A stretch of DNA of 64,000 nucleotides from an uncultured delta proteobacterium (GTDB taxonomy: Bacteria > Desulfobacterota > BSN033 > UBA1163), in assembly GCA_963708295.1 (NCBI GenBank), contig CAVPSJ010000014.1, positions 64,001-128,000 on the forward strand. The letters are read 5' to 3'. Position numbers and translations under genes: made by a program. Positions within the stretch are counted from its first letter, which is position 1; each line of letters opens with the position of its first letter. Below are positions 28,762-40,579 of this stretch, in pieces. Below the pieces are notes generated by a model. That model saw nothing but the letters and a program-made list of their open reading frames with translations, was not told where the DNA came from and did no database searches.

Positions 28762-30472
28762 TCACAGGGGTGGAATCGCATCGTAATTCAGTTTCTTAAA
28801 CTCCGTCTTGATCCCTTGCTCCGTTTTCCACAACACGATCTGTCCATCATATTCCGGCCTTGTTTCCGGGTAATCGGTACGATGATGATAGACGCCAAAC
28901 CGGGTTTCCTTTCGGGCCAGCGAAGCGGTGCACATCATCTTTGCGACCAGCCAGGATCTGTTCCGCTCTCGAGGACCCGGGTCAGTTCATGGTAGTTCTG
29001 GGCGCCAATGCTCTTCAAATACGTTTCCAATTCCTCCAGTTTTTCCAGGGCCACCTGTCAGGCTCTTTTCGTTCCGGGCGGGTCCGGCATTCTGCCAGAG
29101 CATCTTTCGCATCGTGTCTTCAAACTGGCGATGCGGCGATCGTTCCGGAGGCCTGAAGAGGGGCAAAGGTCCTTTTCTTGAGCTGCTTCACCTGGGACAT
29201 TTTCACCTTAGGGCTCTTTGCGGAAGGCCTTGGCATATTCAGCAGCCATCTTGCCGGCCAGATAACCCCCTGTCGTGCAGATATGAACGCAGCGCATCTG
29301 GTCGGAACAGTCACCCGCCGCAAAGAGCCCGGGAACCGTGGAGGCCGTCGTTTTCGTCGATCATGATTCCGCTGCTGTTGACTTCCGATGATCCTCCCTG
29401 CATCCCTTCGGAAGGCATGATTTCGAGAGGTTCTTTTGCCAGATCGATTCCCTTCTGCTCGATGAAATCGGGCAGGGTGTCTTTGTCATATCCCAGGGTC
29501 TTCTTGAGATGGGTCATCTCGCTGGCAGAGAGGTGACGGCAGTCGACATAGACCGGGCCCCTCCCTTCAGAGATCTCCTTCATCACACTCTCGACGAGCT
29601 TAAACCGGGGCGCCCTCACTCCTGCAGGATGATACTTCGGCATGAATTCCTCGCCCGCCGCATTCACAATTCTTCCCCCCATCCCCGTCAGGGCATTGAG
29701 CCCGGCGGCGCTGAATCCTCTCGGGACAAGGGTGATCCGCACGATCTCCATGTTGGCGAGTTTTGCCCCTGCCTCGTAGGCCATGGCCTGGGCAGCGCCT
29801 GTGTTGGCGGGGCACTGCCAGGTATTGAAGGGAAGCCCTGTGGGATTTTCGAAGATGCGGTTGGTGTTTCCCGTCGCAAGGATGACGGCTTTGGCCGTGA
29901 TGGTGTAAAACGTTCCCGTCCTGATATTGAACCCGACCGCACCGGTCACTCTTCCGTTATGGGTCAATAGTCCGGAGATGGCACATTTCTCCAGGGTCTG
30001 AGCGCCGAGGCGTCTGGCCTCCCGGGCGAGCAAGGGGCTTCAGTTGTTTACCGTTAAAATTGATGAAGTACGGACCGGGCTGGCCCATGGAGGTGGTTCG
30101 ATAATAAGTCCCGTCGGTCTGCTTAAGGGTGCATCCTATTCTTTCCATCCTGTCGATGGCTGCCTTCAGTTCTCTGCAGAAGACCGCATTCTGGACGCTC
30201 AGGTTGACTGTTCCCCGGGCGATCTTGCCCACCCATTCAAGGTAGGCCTCCCTTGTATCCCAGGTGTCGGTGCCAAGATAGGCCATGAAATGGTCCACCC
30301 CACCGGCGATCGCTCCGCACCGATCGATCGAGCTCTTGTCAGCGATTAAGACCCTGACGCCTTTTTCGAGGGCCCCGATCGCTGCGTTGTTGCCTGCCAA
30401 ACCACCTCCCACGATCAGCACATCGGTCTCCAGCTTTTCACCCAATTGTTCAACGTCTTTTGCCATATCCAT
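28762..30472 (-). CDS. AprA/SdhA-family FAD-dependent oxidoreductase; several frameshifts
   Basis: DVLIVGGGLAG, RCGAIAGGVDH, AVILATG, A.LANME, C-terminal ESRFGVYHHRTDYPE. Confidence 0.8.
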
Positions 30473-30491
30473 ACTCCTCTTTTCTAAAGAT

Positions 30492-32443
30492 TTATTCTGC
30501 TCCGGCCAAGGCCTTCGCTCTTCGACTCCGGAGTACCAGCCACCTCCTGCAAGACCAAGAGCCCGATCAACCACATAACCCGCCAGACTGGAAAGGGTGT
30601 GAGGATAAACCAATAAGAATCCCCCGATCAGAAACAACAATCGCCTGATCCAGCCAAGATTGCGGAACAAGAAATCCATGAAAGGTAACGGCCATACACC
30701 CGAGCCCGATAAAGGAAGAGATGACCCGGAGGGCAACCATGGCAGGAGAGCCCATGAGCAGGAGTTCGTTGGCGTAGATGTAGAGGTAGGGAACTAAGAA
30801 GGACGGTAAAGAGTAGAAGAAGGTGAGGTTGGTCGTTTTCATGGGATCTGTTTCTGCCAAACCCGCTGCCGCAAAGGAGGTCGGGGCAACAGGAGGGCTG
30901 ATGTTCCCAAGGGCTCCGAAGAAGAAGACGAAGAGGTGCGCTGCCATGGGATGGGCGCCTGCCTTGACAAGGGCAGGGGCAGCTAGGACAGCCAGGATGA
31001 GATAGCAGGTCACCGGTGGAAGCGGAAGTCCAAGGATCAGCGAAGCGATCATCGTCAGAATGAGAAGGACGATCATGCTTCCGCCAGCGAACGTAATCAT
31101 GATATCCGAGAAGCGCATACCGAGGCCGGTCATGCTGATGGCGCCCGTAATCAGACCGGCAGACGCACAGCAGGCAGCGACGATGAGACTCCCCTTTGCA
31201 CCTCTTTCGAGTGCGGTCGCTATCTTCTTGACATTCATCCTCGTCTTTGGACGCAGCTGGCTTGCGATGACACAGGCGACGATCGCCCAAAAGCCGGCCT
31301 TGGGCGTTGACGTCCCCAGGATAGCAACGCAGTAGATCAGGACGAGAATGGGAAAGACCATGTGTCCGCGGTCGAGAAAGGCCTTCTTGAGGCTTGGAAG
31401 TTCTGCCTTTGGAAGGCCCTTGAGCCCATATTTCGCTGACTGGAGTTCGACGATCATATAGACAGAGACATAAAAGAGAAGACCCGGGATCAGGGCGGCC
31501 TTACAGACATCCCAGTAGGACCCGCCAATCATCTCCGGGATGATGAAGGCGACTGAGCCCATCACCGGAGGAATCAGCATACCCCCGGTGGAAGCGAGGG
31601 CTTCGACAGATGCGGCCACAATGGGTCTGTATCCAACCCTTTTCATCAGAGGGATGGTCAGGACGCCCACGGCCGTCACATTGGCCACCTGGTTCCCGGT
31701 GATACTGCCGAACATACAACTGGCCATGACAGCGGCTTTTGCCGGGCCGCCCCGGAATTTTCCAAAGAGGGCAAGCCCCACATCAATGAAAAACGCTCCC
31801 GCCCCGGAAACCAGGAGAAAGGCCCCGAAGGTAACAAAGATGATGATCACTGTTGAAGAGACGCCCAATGGCATCCCCAGGATTCCTTCGGTGCTGAAGA
31901 ACATGAAATTGACGATCTGTTCAAAGGTGAACCCGGTGTGAGCCATGTAGGAGGGAAGGTAGCTCCCGAAGGCGAGGTAGGCAAATCCAACCATGCAAAT
32001 GATGACCATGGACCCCCCGATCACCCGCCGCGTGGCCTCGATGACCAGAAGAATACCCAGGGTTGCGCAGGAGGTGTCGAGGAAATTGGGCATGCCGGTG
32101 CGAAAGCTCAGTGCCTCCCACTCCACGAATACGTAGGCGCCCAGGAACAGGGAAAGGAGGATCGAGAAAAACATCCAGGAATGCAAGAGGTCGAAACTCG
32201 TTGGCCACCTTGATCTCTTGAGATTCATCACTTTGCGTCTTGAAAGGGAACATCAGAAAGATAAGGACCAGAGCAAAGCAGAGATGGGTGGTGCGCTGCT
32301 GAACGCCAGGAAGCGGTCGGACACCCGCTGCATAGATGTGGAATAGAGCCATGGCTACTGCAAAAATGAAGATGAGAATGCGGCGAAGGGTCCAAGGGGA
32401 TCCCTTTTTTTGATGTGGAATTCGCTTCCTGGCCAGCTTTCAT
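30492..32443 (-). CDS. TRAP transporter 4TM/12TM fused permease (TAXI type); frameshifts
   Basis: EATRR..G, EGILG.PL, GGPAKAAV, EALASTGG..IPPVMG, ISPPVA. Confidence 0.9.
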
Positions 32444-32542
32444 GAGTTCACCTCGGTCTTTTTTTAGAGAAAACAGCCTCCGTCTTCACTCTTCGGTCGG
32501 GCGTCCAACCAGACTCACACGGCCGAAGAGGAAGGATCCGTT

Positions 32543-32671
32543 GTCATTCCCGGGTCTAGCGGGGATGTCGGAGTCATTCGACTTGGACTCCTGCTTTCGC
32601 AGGAATGACAAAAGCGGGACAACTCACTTCTTGTCCATCCCCGCTCCTGCCCACCGCGGGCAGGAGCGGGG
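32543..32671. repeat. GTCATTCC-type REP plus perfect 14-bp GC hairpin between binding-protein and permease genes
   Basis: GTCATTCCC...TCCTGCTTTCGCAGGAATGAC; CCCCGCTCCTGCCC-accgc-GGGCAGGAGCGGGG at 32639-32671. Confidence 0.65.
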
Positions 32672-32710
32672 AAACGTTCCTTCCCCATCAAAGGGGCAGA
32701 AGATGCATTC

Positions 32711-33682
32711 CTATTTCCAGGCACCCATCTCTTTTAAATACTTTTCTGCGCCGGGATGGAAGGGAAGGGGATTGCCCTTCTTTGCATCCTGGAGGGTCAT
32801 ATCCTTTGCCGCTGAGTGGATGCTGTAGTAATCGGCTTTGTGTTCAAAAAGGTTTTTCAGGAACTTGTAGACCAAATCCGTATCCACACTTGCATAGGTC
32901 CACACCGAGGTTGAAAAGCCTATAATCGGTGTATCCTGCTCCAGACCCTTATAAGATTTTGCTTTCACCACATTCCGATAGTAGTAAGGGTATTCCTTAA
33001 CGATCTTCTCTGCGACTTTATCATCCACCGGCACGATCCGGACATTCTGATTCGTAGAAAGCTCGGTATACGCCGCGATGGGGTATCCTCCCACAACAAA
33101 ACCGCCGTCCAGACTTCCATCCTGAAGGCCCTGGACGATTTCATTGTAGACAAAAAAGTAGGGTTTGAAATCATTCTTGGTGATGCCGTGCTGTTCCAGC
33201 ATGAACAGGGCTGTGTTGGCACCCGTGCTCCCTGCCCCGCCGACGCCGATTCGCTTGCCTTTTGCATCGGCAAAGGATTTGATCGGAGAATTGGCTGGAA
33301 CCACAAAGTACTGGTCCGTGCCAAGACAATAGACGATGGCCCGGACGCTCTCAAAGGGTTTCCCTGCATATTCATTGTTCCCTTTATAGGCTTTCCAGGC
33401 ATCCACATTGCCAAAGATGCCAAAGGAGGGTTTCTTCGTGCCTTCCCTCTGCATCATCCTCCGGACAATGTCCATCGTTCCCGTGGTTGCTTCATGTACC
33501 AGAGTCGTTCCGGATATGTACTTATTGGTTACGCTGACCATGCCCGCTCCGAGGACATAGGCGCCTCCCCCCGCCGGAGGGGTATAGAAGGGGATGAGCT
33601 CAGCCGCTCTTACCGATGTTAGAGATAATAAAGCCAGACAACCGATGCCGATAACCAACACGATCAATCTTGTCCGTTTCAT
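32711..33682 (-). CDS. TAXI-family TRAP solute-binding protein 1
   Basis: Signal peptide; GGGAY..G; KGKRIGVG..GS; PFHPGAEKY. Confidence 0.92.
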   Translation of the reverse strand: MKRTRLIVLVIGIGCLALLSLTSVRAAELIPFYTPPAGGGAYVLGAGMVSVTNKYISGTTLVHEATTGTMDIVRRMMQREGTKKPSFGIFGNVDAWKAYKGNNEYAGKPFESVRAIVYCLGTDQYFVVPANSPIKSFADAKGKRIGVGGAGSTGANTALFMLEQHGITKNDFKPYFFVYNEIVQGLQDGSLDGGFVVGGYPIAAYTELSTNQNVRIVPVDDKVAEKIVKEYPYYYRNVVKAKSYKGLEQDTPIIGFSTSVWTYASVDTDLVYKFLKNLFEHKADYYSIHSAAKDMTLQDAKKGNPLPFHPGAEKYLKEMGAWK

Positions 33683-33829
33683 TTTCTCTGCCTCCTTTTT
33701 CAGATTTGTCTTCACCGTTGAAAAAAATGTGAGGACAGGCTCAGCGGGGATTCTGGAAGTGTTCCCAGCGGGTCTGTCTCATGTGATCCTGGGGTAATTA
33801 TTGACCCCACCGCAACGGGTGATGGTTCG

Positions 33830-34808
33830 TTACTTTTTCATCACCCCGATCTCTCTGAGGTACTTCTCTGCTCCTGGATGGAAAGGAACAGGAACTCCCT
33901 TCGTTGCATCCTCGGGGGTCAAGTCTTTTGCCGAAGAGTGGATGCTGTAGTATTCTGTCCTGTGGTCAAAGAGGTTCTTCAGAAATTTGTAAATGAAATC
34001 AGCGTCCACGGACGCCAGGGTAAAAACAGCCGTTGTGAATCCCATGATCAAGACATCCTGTTCCACGCCCTTGTATGACTTGGCCTTGACCACATTCCGG
34101 TAATAGTAGGGGTGCTCCGAGGTCGCCTTTTTCACGGTCTGTTCGTCGATCGGCACGATCCGAACATTGTGGGTGTTGGCAAGTTCTGTGTAGGAAGGGA
34201 GAGGATACCCTCCCGCGACGAACCCGCCATCAAGGCTTCCATCCTGGATTCCCTGGACGGTCTCACTATAGGTAAAGTAGTAAGGCTTAAAGTCCTTCTT
34301 GGCCACCCCATACTGTTCGAGCAGGAAATGGGCTGTGTTTGCAACCGTGCTCCCCGGGCCGCCCATGCCGATCCGCTTGCCCTTGACATCCGCATAGGAC
34401 TTGATTGAAGAGTTACCGGGGACCACGAGATAGAGATCGGTGCCGGTGGCATAGACGACCGCGCGTAAATTTGAGAATGGCTTTCCCGAATATTCATTCT
34501 TTCCCCTGCAAGGCATTCCACGCATCCACGGTGCCAAAGATGCCGAAGCAGTCCTTTTTCGTGCTGTCACGATACATCATGCGCCGGACGATGTCCATGG
34601 TTCCTGATGCCGCCTCGTGCACCAGGGTGACGCCGGGCAGGAACCGGTTGGTCACACTGACCATGCCCGCTCCGAGGACATAGGCGCCTCCGCCCGCCGG
34701 AGGCGTAATGAACGGGACAAGGTCCGCGGCCTGAACCGGCGTCAGAGAAAAGAGGGTGGTCAAGCTGCAAAGCCCAGCGACAAAGATGATCAATTTAACA
34801 CATTTCAT
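33830..34808 (-). CDS. TAXI-family TRAP solute-binding protein 2 (tandem paralog); frameshift near 34505
   Basis: Signal peptide; TPPAGGGAYVLGAGMVSVTN shared with paralog 1; PFHPGAEKY. Confidence 0.9.
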
Positions 34809-34890
34809 TTTTCTTCCTCCTTGCTTAGATTTTCTCCCAGCCCGTGCTGTCGTTCCGGCCTTTATGAGAGGGTCCTCTCTCACGCAAGCC

Positions 34891-35674
34891 CTATCCAAGA
34901 ATACTCGAAATTCCCCCTCGCCCCCTTCCTCTCTCCAGCGGGGAAAGGGGAAGGGTTTGAGTTGCAGAGGTGACTTTCTTCAACCCTCCTTGATTCTGAT
35001 AGATATGTTTCAGCATCAGCTCGTAAATCTTTTGAGAATTCTTTTCTCGAAAGGCCTTTAAAATCTTTTTGTGATACTGCCAGTGCATCCCTGGAGAGTT
35101 CCATTCTCATCGGCAAATTACCCTTGATTTCTAAATTCATCTCTTTGAGGACGTCGAAAATGGGATTCATCGTTGAGGCAATGACCGGGTTGTGAGTGGC
35201 CTCAGCAATGAGAGAATGAAACCGGATGTTCTGCTCCGGGGCTGGAGCATCGGCCTTCAGCACCGCCAAGGTTTCCTCAATATTCTGCTCTAATTTCAGA
35301 AACTCTTCGGGGGTGATCCGTTCAGCCGCTAGCCTGGCGATGTTCGGTTCCAATAGGATTCTCGCCTCGGTTATTTCATTGATGGAGGTTTTTTGAATTC
35401 TGAGGATGGAAGAGAGGGACTCGCTCATCGGTTTCGAATTGACTTCAGCCACGAAGACCCCGGAGCCCGGTTTGATCGCCAGCAACCCCGATGTCTCAAG
35501 ACTCTTGAGGGCCTCTCGGATGGAGATCCGGCTGGCCTGGAAGTGTTCGACCAGTTCCCGTTCGGGAGGAAGACGGTCCCCTGACTTCATCGAGCCGCTC
35601 AGAATGGTGTCTTTGATCTGGCGGGCGATCCGTTCAGAGATTTTTCCGGTTTTAACAGGCTGAAAGGGAATCAT
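34891..35674 (-). CDS. GntR/FadR-family regulator; frameshift near 35085
   Basis: GDRLPPERELVEHFQASRISIREAL..L...G; FCD domain FH..IAEATHN. Confidence 0.9.
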
Positions 35675-35745
35675 AAATTGGTATGACAGCTGTCCAATAA
35701 CAAACGGAAAATAATTTGTCAAGAAAAATAACAGAAAAATAAATA

Positions 35746-36306
35746 TCAAAAACTCCTTTGGCTCCATCCGCCGTCATCCGTCCGGAGAAAATGAAATGCA
35801 GCGATGACGATGGCATGGTCAATCTTTCCTGTCCGGATGAACTCCGGGATATCACCAAGGGGGATGAGCTCGACCTCGATGTCTTCGGTCTGGTCGGGAA
35901 CAAGGTCCGAGACCTTCCGGATATCTTGCGCCAAAAAGGTATAGCAGCGGTTATTAAAGATGGCCGGGTTAGGGTTGACGACTCCGATTTTCGTCAACCG
36001 GTCTGCCTGGTAACCTGTCTCTTCCAACAATTCCCGGGCGGCCGCTCTTTCAGGAGTATCTCCGGGATCAGCCAGTCCACCAGGTATCTCAAGGGTCACG
36101 GTTCTCGAACCATGACGGTATTGCCTCACCATGACCACTCGATGATCAGGCGTCAGAGGGATGATGTTAACCCAATCTCTCGATTCAATGACATGAAAGT
36201 CATGCTCCTTCCCTGTCCGGGGAGAGATGGCCGTATCCGTTCGAACGGAAAAGACTCGGAAGAATCCTTCGGGTCGAGATCGAACGCATGGCCACGGCTT
36301 GATCAT
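35746..36306 (-). CDS. NUDIX hydrolase (ADP-ribose pyrophosphatase-like)
   Basis: VRQYRHG..EIPGG..D.G..PE.AA.REL.EETGY Nudix box. Confidence 0.92.
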   Translation of the reverse strand: MIKPWPCVRSRPEGFFRVFSVRTDTAISPRTGKEHDFHVIESRDWVNIIPLTPDHRVVMVRQYRHGSRTVTLEIPGGLADPGDTPERAAARELLEETGYQADRLTKIGVVNPNPAIFNNRCYTFLAQDIRKVSDLVPDQTEDIEVELIPLGDIPEFIRTGKIDHAIVIAAFHFLRTDDGGWSQRSF

Positions 36307-36448
36307 TGCTTCCTCCTCATAAGATAGTTCGCTCCAAAAGGTCCCGGGGATAGAAAATCATAGGACATCTCTTCTCGGCTTGGCAACCTTACGTTTGATT
36401 TTTTCCGTCCTTCTGGGATATAAAGGAAGGCAAGCCAGTCCATTTTAA

Positions 36449-36556
36449 TTACTAAAGAGCCCATAATTAAAAAGACATATTGTTCCAAAAATCTCCTCTG
36501 ACCCCTCTTTGCCAAAGAGGGGAAATTCCTCCCTTTTGAAAAGGGAGGGAAGGAGG
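36449..36556. mobile_element. MITE/REP composite family B, copy 1
   Basis: TTACTAAAGAGCCCATAAT..AAGACATAT..AAATCTCC...CCCCTCTTTGCCAAAGAGGGG; reverse complement of 44225-44361. Confidence 0.6.
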
Positions 36557-36610
36557 TCATTCATTTCACATTTGAACTTTGATATTTGAAATTGCGTCTA
36601 AGGAGGTTCT

Positions 36611-37705
36611 ATGGGCCATCTGACAGGAAAAGAAGAAATCTTAAAGCAGTTGCAAAAGAGACTCCACCAGAATCCGGTCGGGCTTCCTGAACACACCTCC
36701 GTCTACGAAATTTTGTCCATCCTCTTTTCACAGAAGGAGGCAGAGGTGGGAGCCAAGTTTCCCTTCGGCCTTGCGACCATCGAAGAGGTTCAGAAGGCGA
36801 CGGGAATCAACAGGGAGGAACTGGAAGCGATCTTAAAAGGGATGATGAGGAAGGGGCTGGTTGTCACTTCGGCAAAGATCGGTCAGGTTCGATACCTTCT
36901 CTCTCCCGGTTTGACCGGATTTTTTGAAATGACCTTTATGCGAACGGACGAATCTCTGCCGATGAAACGACTGGCAGAGCTCATGCACAGTTACAGGAAT
37001 ACGCCGGAATTTGTCCGGGAATTTTTTGCCCCCGGAACGACCAGGGGCCGAGCTTACATCTATGGCGGCGTCCTTCCAAAAGTGAAAAGCGAGGTCCTTC
37101 GATTCGATGAGGCAGAAGAACAGATTAAAGCGGCAGGACGGGGAAGCGTAGGAAGATGTTATTGCCGGCATGAGACATGGCATCTGGGTAAGAATTGCTC
37201 TGCCCCGATCGAGAATATCTGCATGAGTCTGGGCGTTGCCTCCGACTTCCTGGTGGAGCAGGGGTTTGCAAGGAGAGCCTCGGTGAGTGAGCTACTGGAT
37301 ACGCTTAAAAAGGCGGAGGAATATGGGCTGGTTCACGTCGGAGACAATGTCCAGGAACAGACCACCTTCGTTTGCAACTGCTGCGGCTGTTGCTGCGGGT
37401 TCCTGGAAGGGATCACTCACCACCATCTCAAGCATGCGGTCACCACCACGAATTATATTGCCAGACTGGATCGCGAAGAATGCAACGGATGTGAAGCGTG
37501 CGCGAATCATTGCCAGATCAAAGCGGTCAAGATGGAAGGGGACACCCCCGTCGTGGATGAAGAATTCTGCCTGGGATGCGGGGTCTGTGCCCACTTCTGT
37601 CCGAGCGGCGCGATGAAGCTGGTCGAGAGGGAAAAGAAGATCATCCCGCCGAAGACTTACAAAGATCTGATGGTCCGCCTTTTGAAAGAAAAAGGGCGAA
37701 TGTAA
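36611..37705 (+). CDS. 4Fe-4S dicluster protein with N-terminal winged helix and CNCCGCCC motif
   Basis: CYCRH, CNCCGCCC, CNGCEACANHC, CLGCGVCAHFCP; AGGAGG RBS. Confidence 0.85.
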   Translation: MGHLTGKEEILKQLQKRLHQNPVGLPEHTSVYEILSILFSQKEAEVGAKFPFGLATIEEVQKATGINREELEAILKGMMRKGLVVTSAKIGQVRYLLSPGLTGFFEMTFMRTDESLPMKRLAELMHSYRNTPEFVREFFAPGTTRGRAYIYGGVLPKVKSEVLRFDEAEEQIKAAGRGSVGRCYCRHETWHLGKNCSAPIENICMSLGVASDFLVEQGFARRASVSELLDTLKKAEEYGLVHVGDNVQEQTTFVCNCCGCCCGFLEGITHHHLKHAVTTTNYIARLDREECNGCEACANHCQIKAVKMEGDTPVVDEEFCLGCGVCAHFCPSGAMKLVEREKKIIPPKTYKDLMVRLLKEKGRM

Positions 37706-37785
37706 CCGGAGCCGGTAATAGGTTGTGACCGAATCGCATCACCGGAAAGGATTTTAGGGCACCGAGCGTCGCCTCCGGATGCCCG

Positions 37786-38960
37786 TCAGGTTGACGCCAT
37801 CGCCCGGCGATTGCCGATCTTGCGCTCGCCGATCCCAGCACTCAATGGAATGATCAAAAGAAGCAGAGCGGAATAAACGACCGCACTCCAGCCGCCCAGC
37901 CTGTATGCAAACCCCGACCCTGTGATTCCGAGCCAGCCTCCCGTATAGTAAAAGAGCACATAGAGGGCGTTTGCGCGGCCTTGTCCTTTGGACAGCTTGC
38001 GGTTGAGAGATCCGACGGCAGCCGCATGAATCGTGAAAAAACCGGTGCAGATCCCAAAGAGCCCCAACACGACCGCAGCAATTGAAGGCACCAGGACAAG
38101 AACCAAGGATCCCCCTAAAATAACGGAGCCCCCGAGTAAGGTGTTACCGCTTCCAAAGCGGTTACTGATTCGACCGGCAGTAGGTCCCATAAAGATTCCC
38201 ACGACATAGACGAGGTAGACGAGAGTCGTCAGTTCTGTGGAGAAACGAAAAGGAGGGGCAGTCAGCCTGAAGGGTAAGTAATTGAAAATGGATGAGAATA
38301 TTGCAAAACTGCCGGCAGCACAGAGATAGAGGCGCAGGGTTTCCCAGCGCTTCAGCAGTTCAAAAAGACGGGTAGGTTTTTCTTGTTGTCCGACGGAGAC
38401 CGGAGTGCGGGGCAGCCCCGCAAGGCAGAGAGGGTTGCAATGAGGATAAGTATAGATGCGGATACGAAAGCATAGCGCCAGTGAAGCGGCGGGTGAATCC
38501 ACCCGCCGAGCAGCCGGCCGCCCATTCCGCCCAGCACCGTTGCAGATACATAGGAACCCATCAGCACGTTCAGCCTTTCCGCAGGGAGTGTCTTTGCCAA
38601 AAAGGCTGCGAGGCAGGTTGTCAAGGCAGGGATGAAGAGGCCCTGAACAAAGCGGGCCCCGATCAAAAGCCAGAGGTCTTTTGTCAGCGCACAGGCGAAA
38701 CCGCCGAGAGCCACAAACAGGCCTCCGGTAGGGATGATCGGGTGAATCGGCAGCCTGTCCGCCAGGAAGCCAAAGGGCAGATTGGACAAAGCCATCCCGA
38801 GGATGACCGCAGAGACGGTAAAAGAAACCAGCACCATGTCGGCGGCGAAGTCCTGTCGGAGTACCGGCAACACCGGTTGGGTGATGTAGATGTTTGTAAA
38901 GGAGGCCGATACCAGGGCGAAGACAATCATCTGGAGGCGGAGATAGGAAGAGTCAGCCAT
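37786..38960 (-). CDS. MFS transporter (YnfM-like), copy 1; frameshift near 38465
   Basis: IYITQPVLP, G.LADR, R.VQG, FNYLPFRL, A.ALYVLFYY.GG. Confidence 0.88.
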
Positions 38961-39526
38961 TGTGACAGGCATAACAAAAATTCAGCACGATATCAATGCT
39001 CCCAGGGTTGCTGTGTATCTAACTCCTCTCCTCATTGACACGCCTCGCTTCAGGTACATCTATGCCGGACGTTAGTTTTTATGCTGCTACGATATCTCTC
39101 CCCCAAACCGAACCGTTCAGCCGATTAAAAGACCCTTTTTGAATAGGATGAACACGTCTGAAACCGCTCAAATACGGACACAACAAAATGGCATTCGTTA
39201 GGCGTGATTTACGGTTATCACCCAGGTTTCAGGTGAAATGATGTTCTAACTGCCTGCTCTTTCCTGTCTCCTTAGATAAGAAACAGAACTGAGCCCCGCA
39301 AGCAGCGCAAAGACAGTCATCCCCCATTCTGTTTTTTTGTTGCTGGGGCCATGGACAATGACATGATCAAAAATGTTCCTTTATCTCTACGCTCAGTTTC
39401 CGTGCCGTTTTATATTTATCATATCAAGCTAGTTGTATATTTGTAAACCCGACCAATCCTGACTAAGGGCAAACGGTCAGCTGCTCTATTCATTTTTACT
39501 CCCATGCACGGGCCGCCCAAAAGGAA

Positions 39527-40330
39527 TCACTTAAAAACATTCGGTGCCTTACCGGTATGGCATTCATTACAGTTGTGCTGCGCCGGTGTTTCATACAACT
39601 CGAGAGGCAGCTTACTGGCTGGATTAAACCTGCCGTCCTTCCACTCATTGAGCAGCATCACAGTCCGCATTGCTACATCCGCACTCAGTCGGGCGCATCT
39701 TTCTTTTTGTTCGGGACTTCGTAATGCTTTGCCAGCGCTTTTTAACCATTTTCCAACGGAGATATGGCATAAAGGAGATTTGCTGATACTCTGTATCCGT
39801 ACTTCCGCCCTGGGTTTGTCCGGTTCGAAAACAGGCAATGGGGAATTACCATACCAGTGGAATAATTCATTGAGGATTTGCATTCCAACGCCGGTTGGAT
39901 TGAGGACTTGCTCTCCAACGCCGGTTGGTGGAACGATGAAGCCTGTTACAACGGTGGATCCCAGGAGAGCGCCGCATACTGTTCCCCACCCGGCTATTCC
40001 GGCTGACCCAAGTTTCAGCCCCTCATATAGGGGTTGGGAGATATACGGTTCTCCGATCTTTTTCTGAAGGGGGGCCATAACTCCGCGAGCAACGCCATAG
40101 CAACATAGAGCTTCATAGAAGCCCTCGTAGGCTATCTTTGCCGCTTCCTGTGGATCAATCTTTTCATAGGGCCACGGCAAAGGGGTTTCCCTCGCCTCCG
40201 CCCGTGATAATAAGCCGATGTCGGAGCCTGACAAGGCACTAATAGCAGCAGCGCTTGCCGCCAAAATACCCCCTCCCAAAACAACCTCTCTTCTTGAAAG
40301 CTTCTTTTCTTTATTCCCTTCTTTCTCCAT
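39527..40330 (-). CDS. Split-Soret cytochrome c-like / C-GCAxxG-C-C protein with Tat signal
   Basis: SRREVV Tat motif; LPWPY; CCYGV; GWGTVCGA; SPLCHISV; RCARL; C-terminal CNECH. Confidence 0.8.
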   Translation of the reverse strand: MEKEGNKEKKLSRREVVLGGGILAASAAAISALSGSDIGLLSRAEARETPLPWPYEKIDPQEAAKIAYEGFYEALCCYGVARGVMAPLQKKIGEPYISQPLYEGLKLGSAGIAGWGTVCGALLGSTVVTGFIVPPTGVGEQVLNPTGVGMQILNELFHWYGNSPLPVFEPDKPRAEVRIQSISKSPLCHISVGKWLKSAGKALRSPEQKERCARLSADVAMRTVMLLNEWKDGRFNPASKLPLELYETPAQHNCNECHTGKAPNVFK

Positions 40331-40579
40331 GCTAGCCTCCTATAGAATTGAAATCAAAGACTTACGGATAGATTGGATAGCTATCGTTCTATGATAGAAA
40401 GAACATCTCCTTTCACAATGTTCGATCGGTCCCAAGAGTTAGCCTCTCCCCATGTTCAGTGCGGGCTTCAATCGGATAGAGTATCCCTAGTCAAATGCAT
40501 CACATAGACCTCAGCCGCCTGAGCAGGATAAATACTGATGCCCGCCAATGCCGCTGGTACCCGTCTCTCCGCTCAAGGA

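Noticed and set aside
28524-30472. Bona fide dissimilatory aprAB
   Set aside because: Divergent N-terminal motif, short ferredoxin, A-before-B order, no sat or qmo.
21055-35674. Programmed ribosomal frameshifting or pseudogenisation of the catabolic cluster
   Set aside because: Indels are scattered across unrelated genes window-wide with no consistent slippery-site or stimulator pattern; sequencing error is more parsimonious.
39392-39408. Possible sigma54 promoter CGGCACGGAAACTGAG (minus strand)
   Set aside because: The -12 element is GA rather than the conserved GC.
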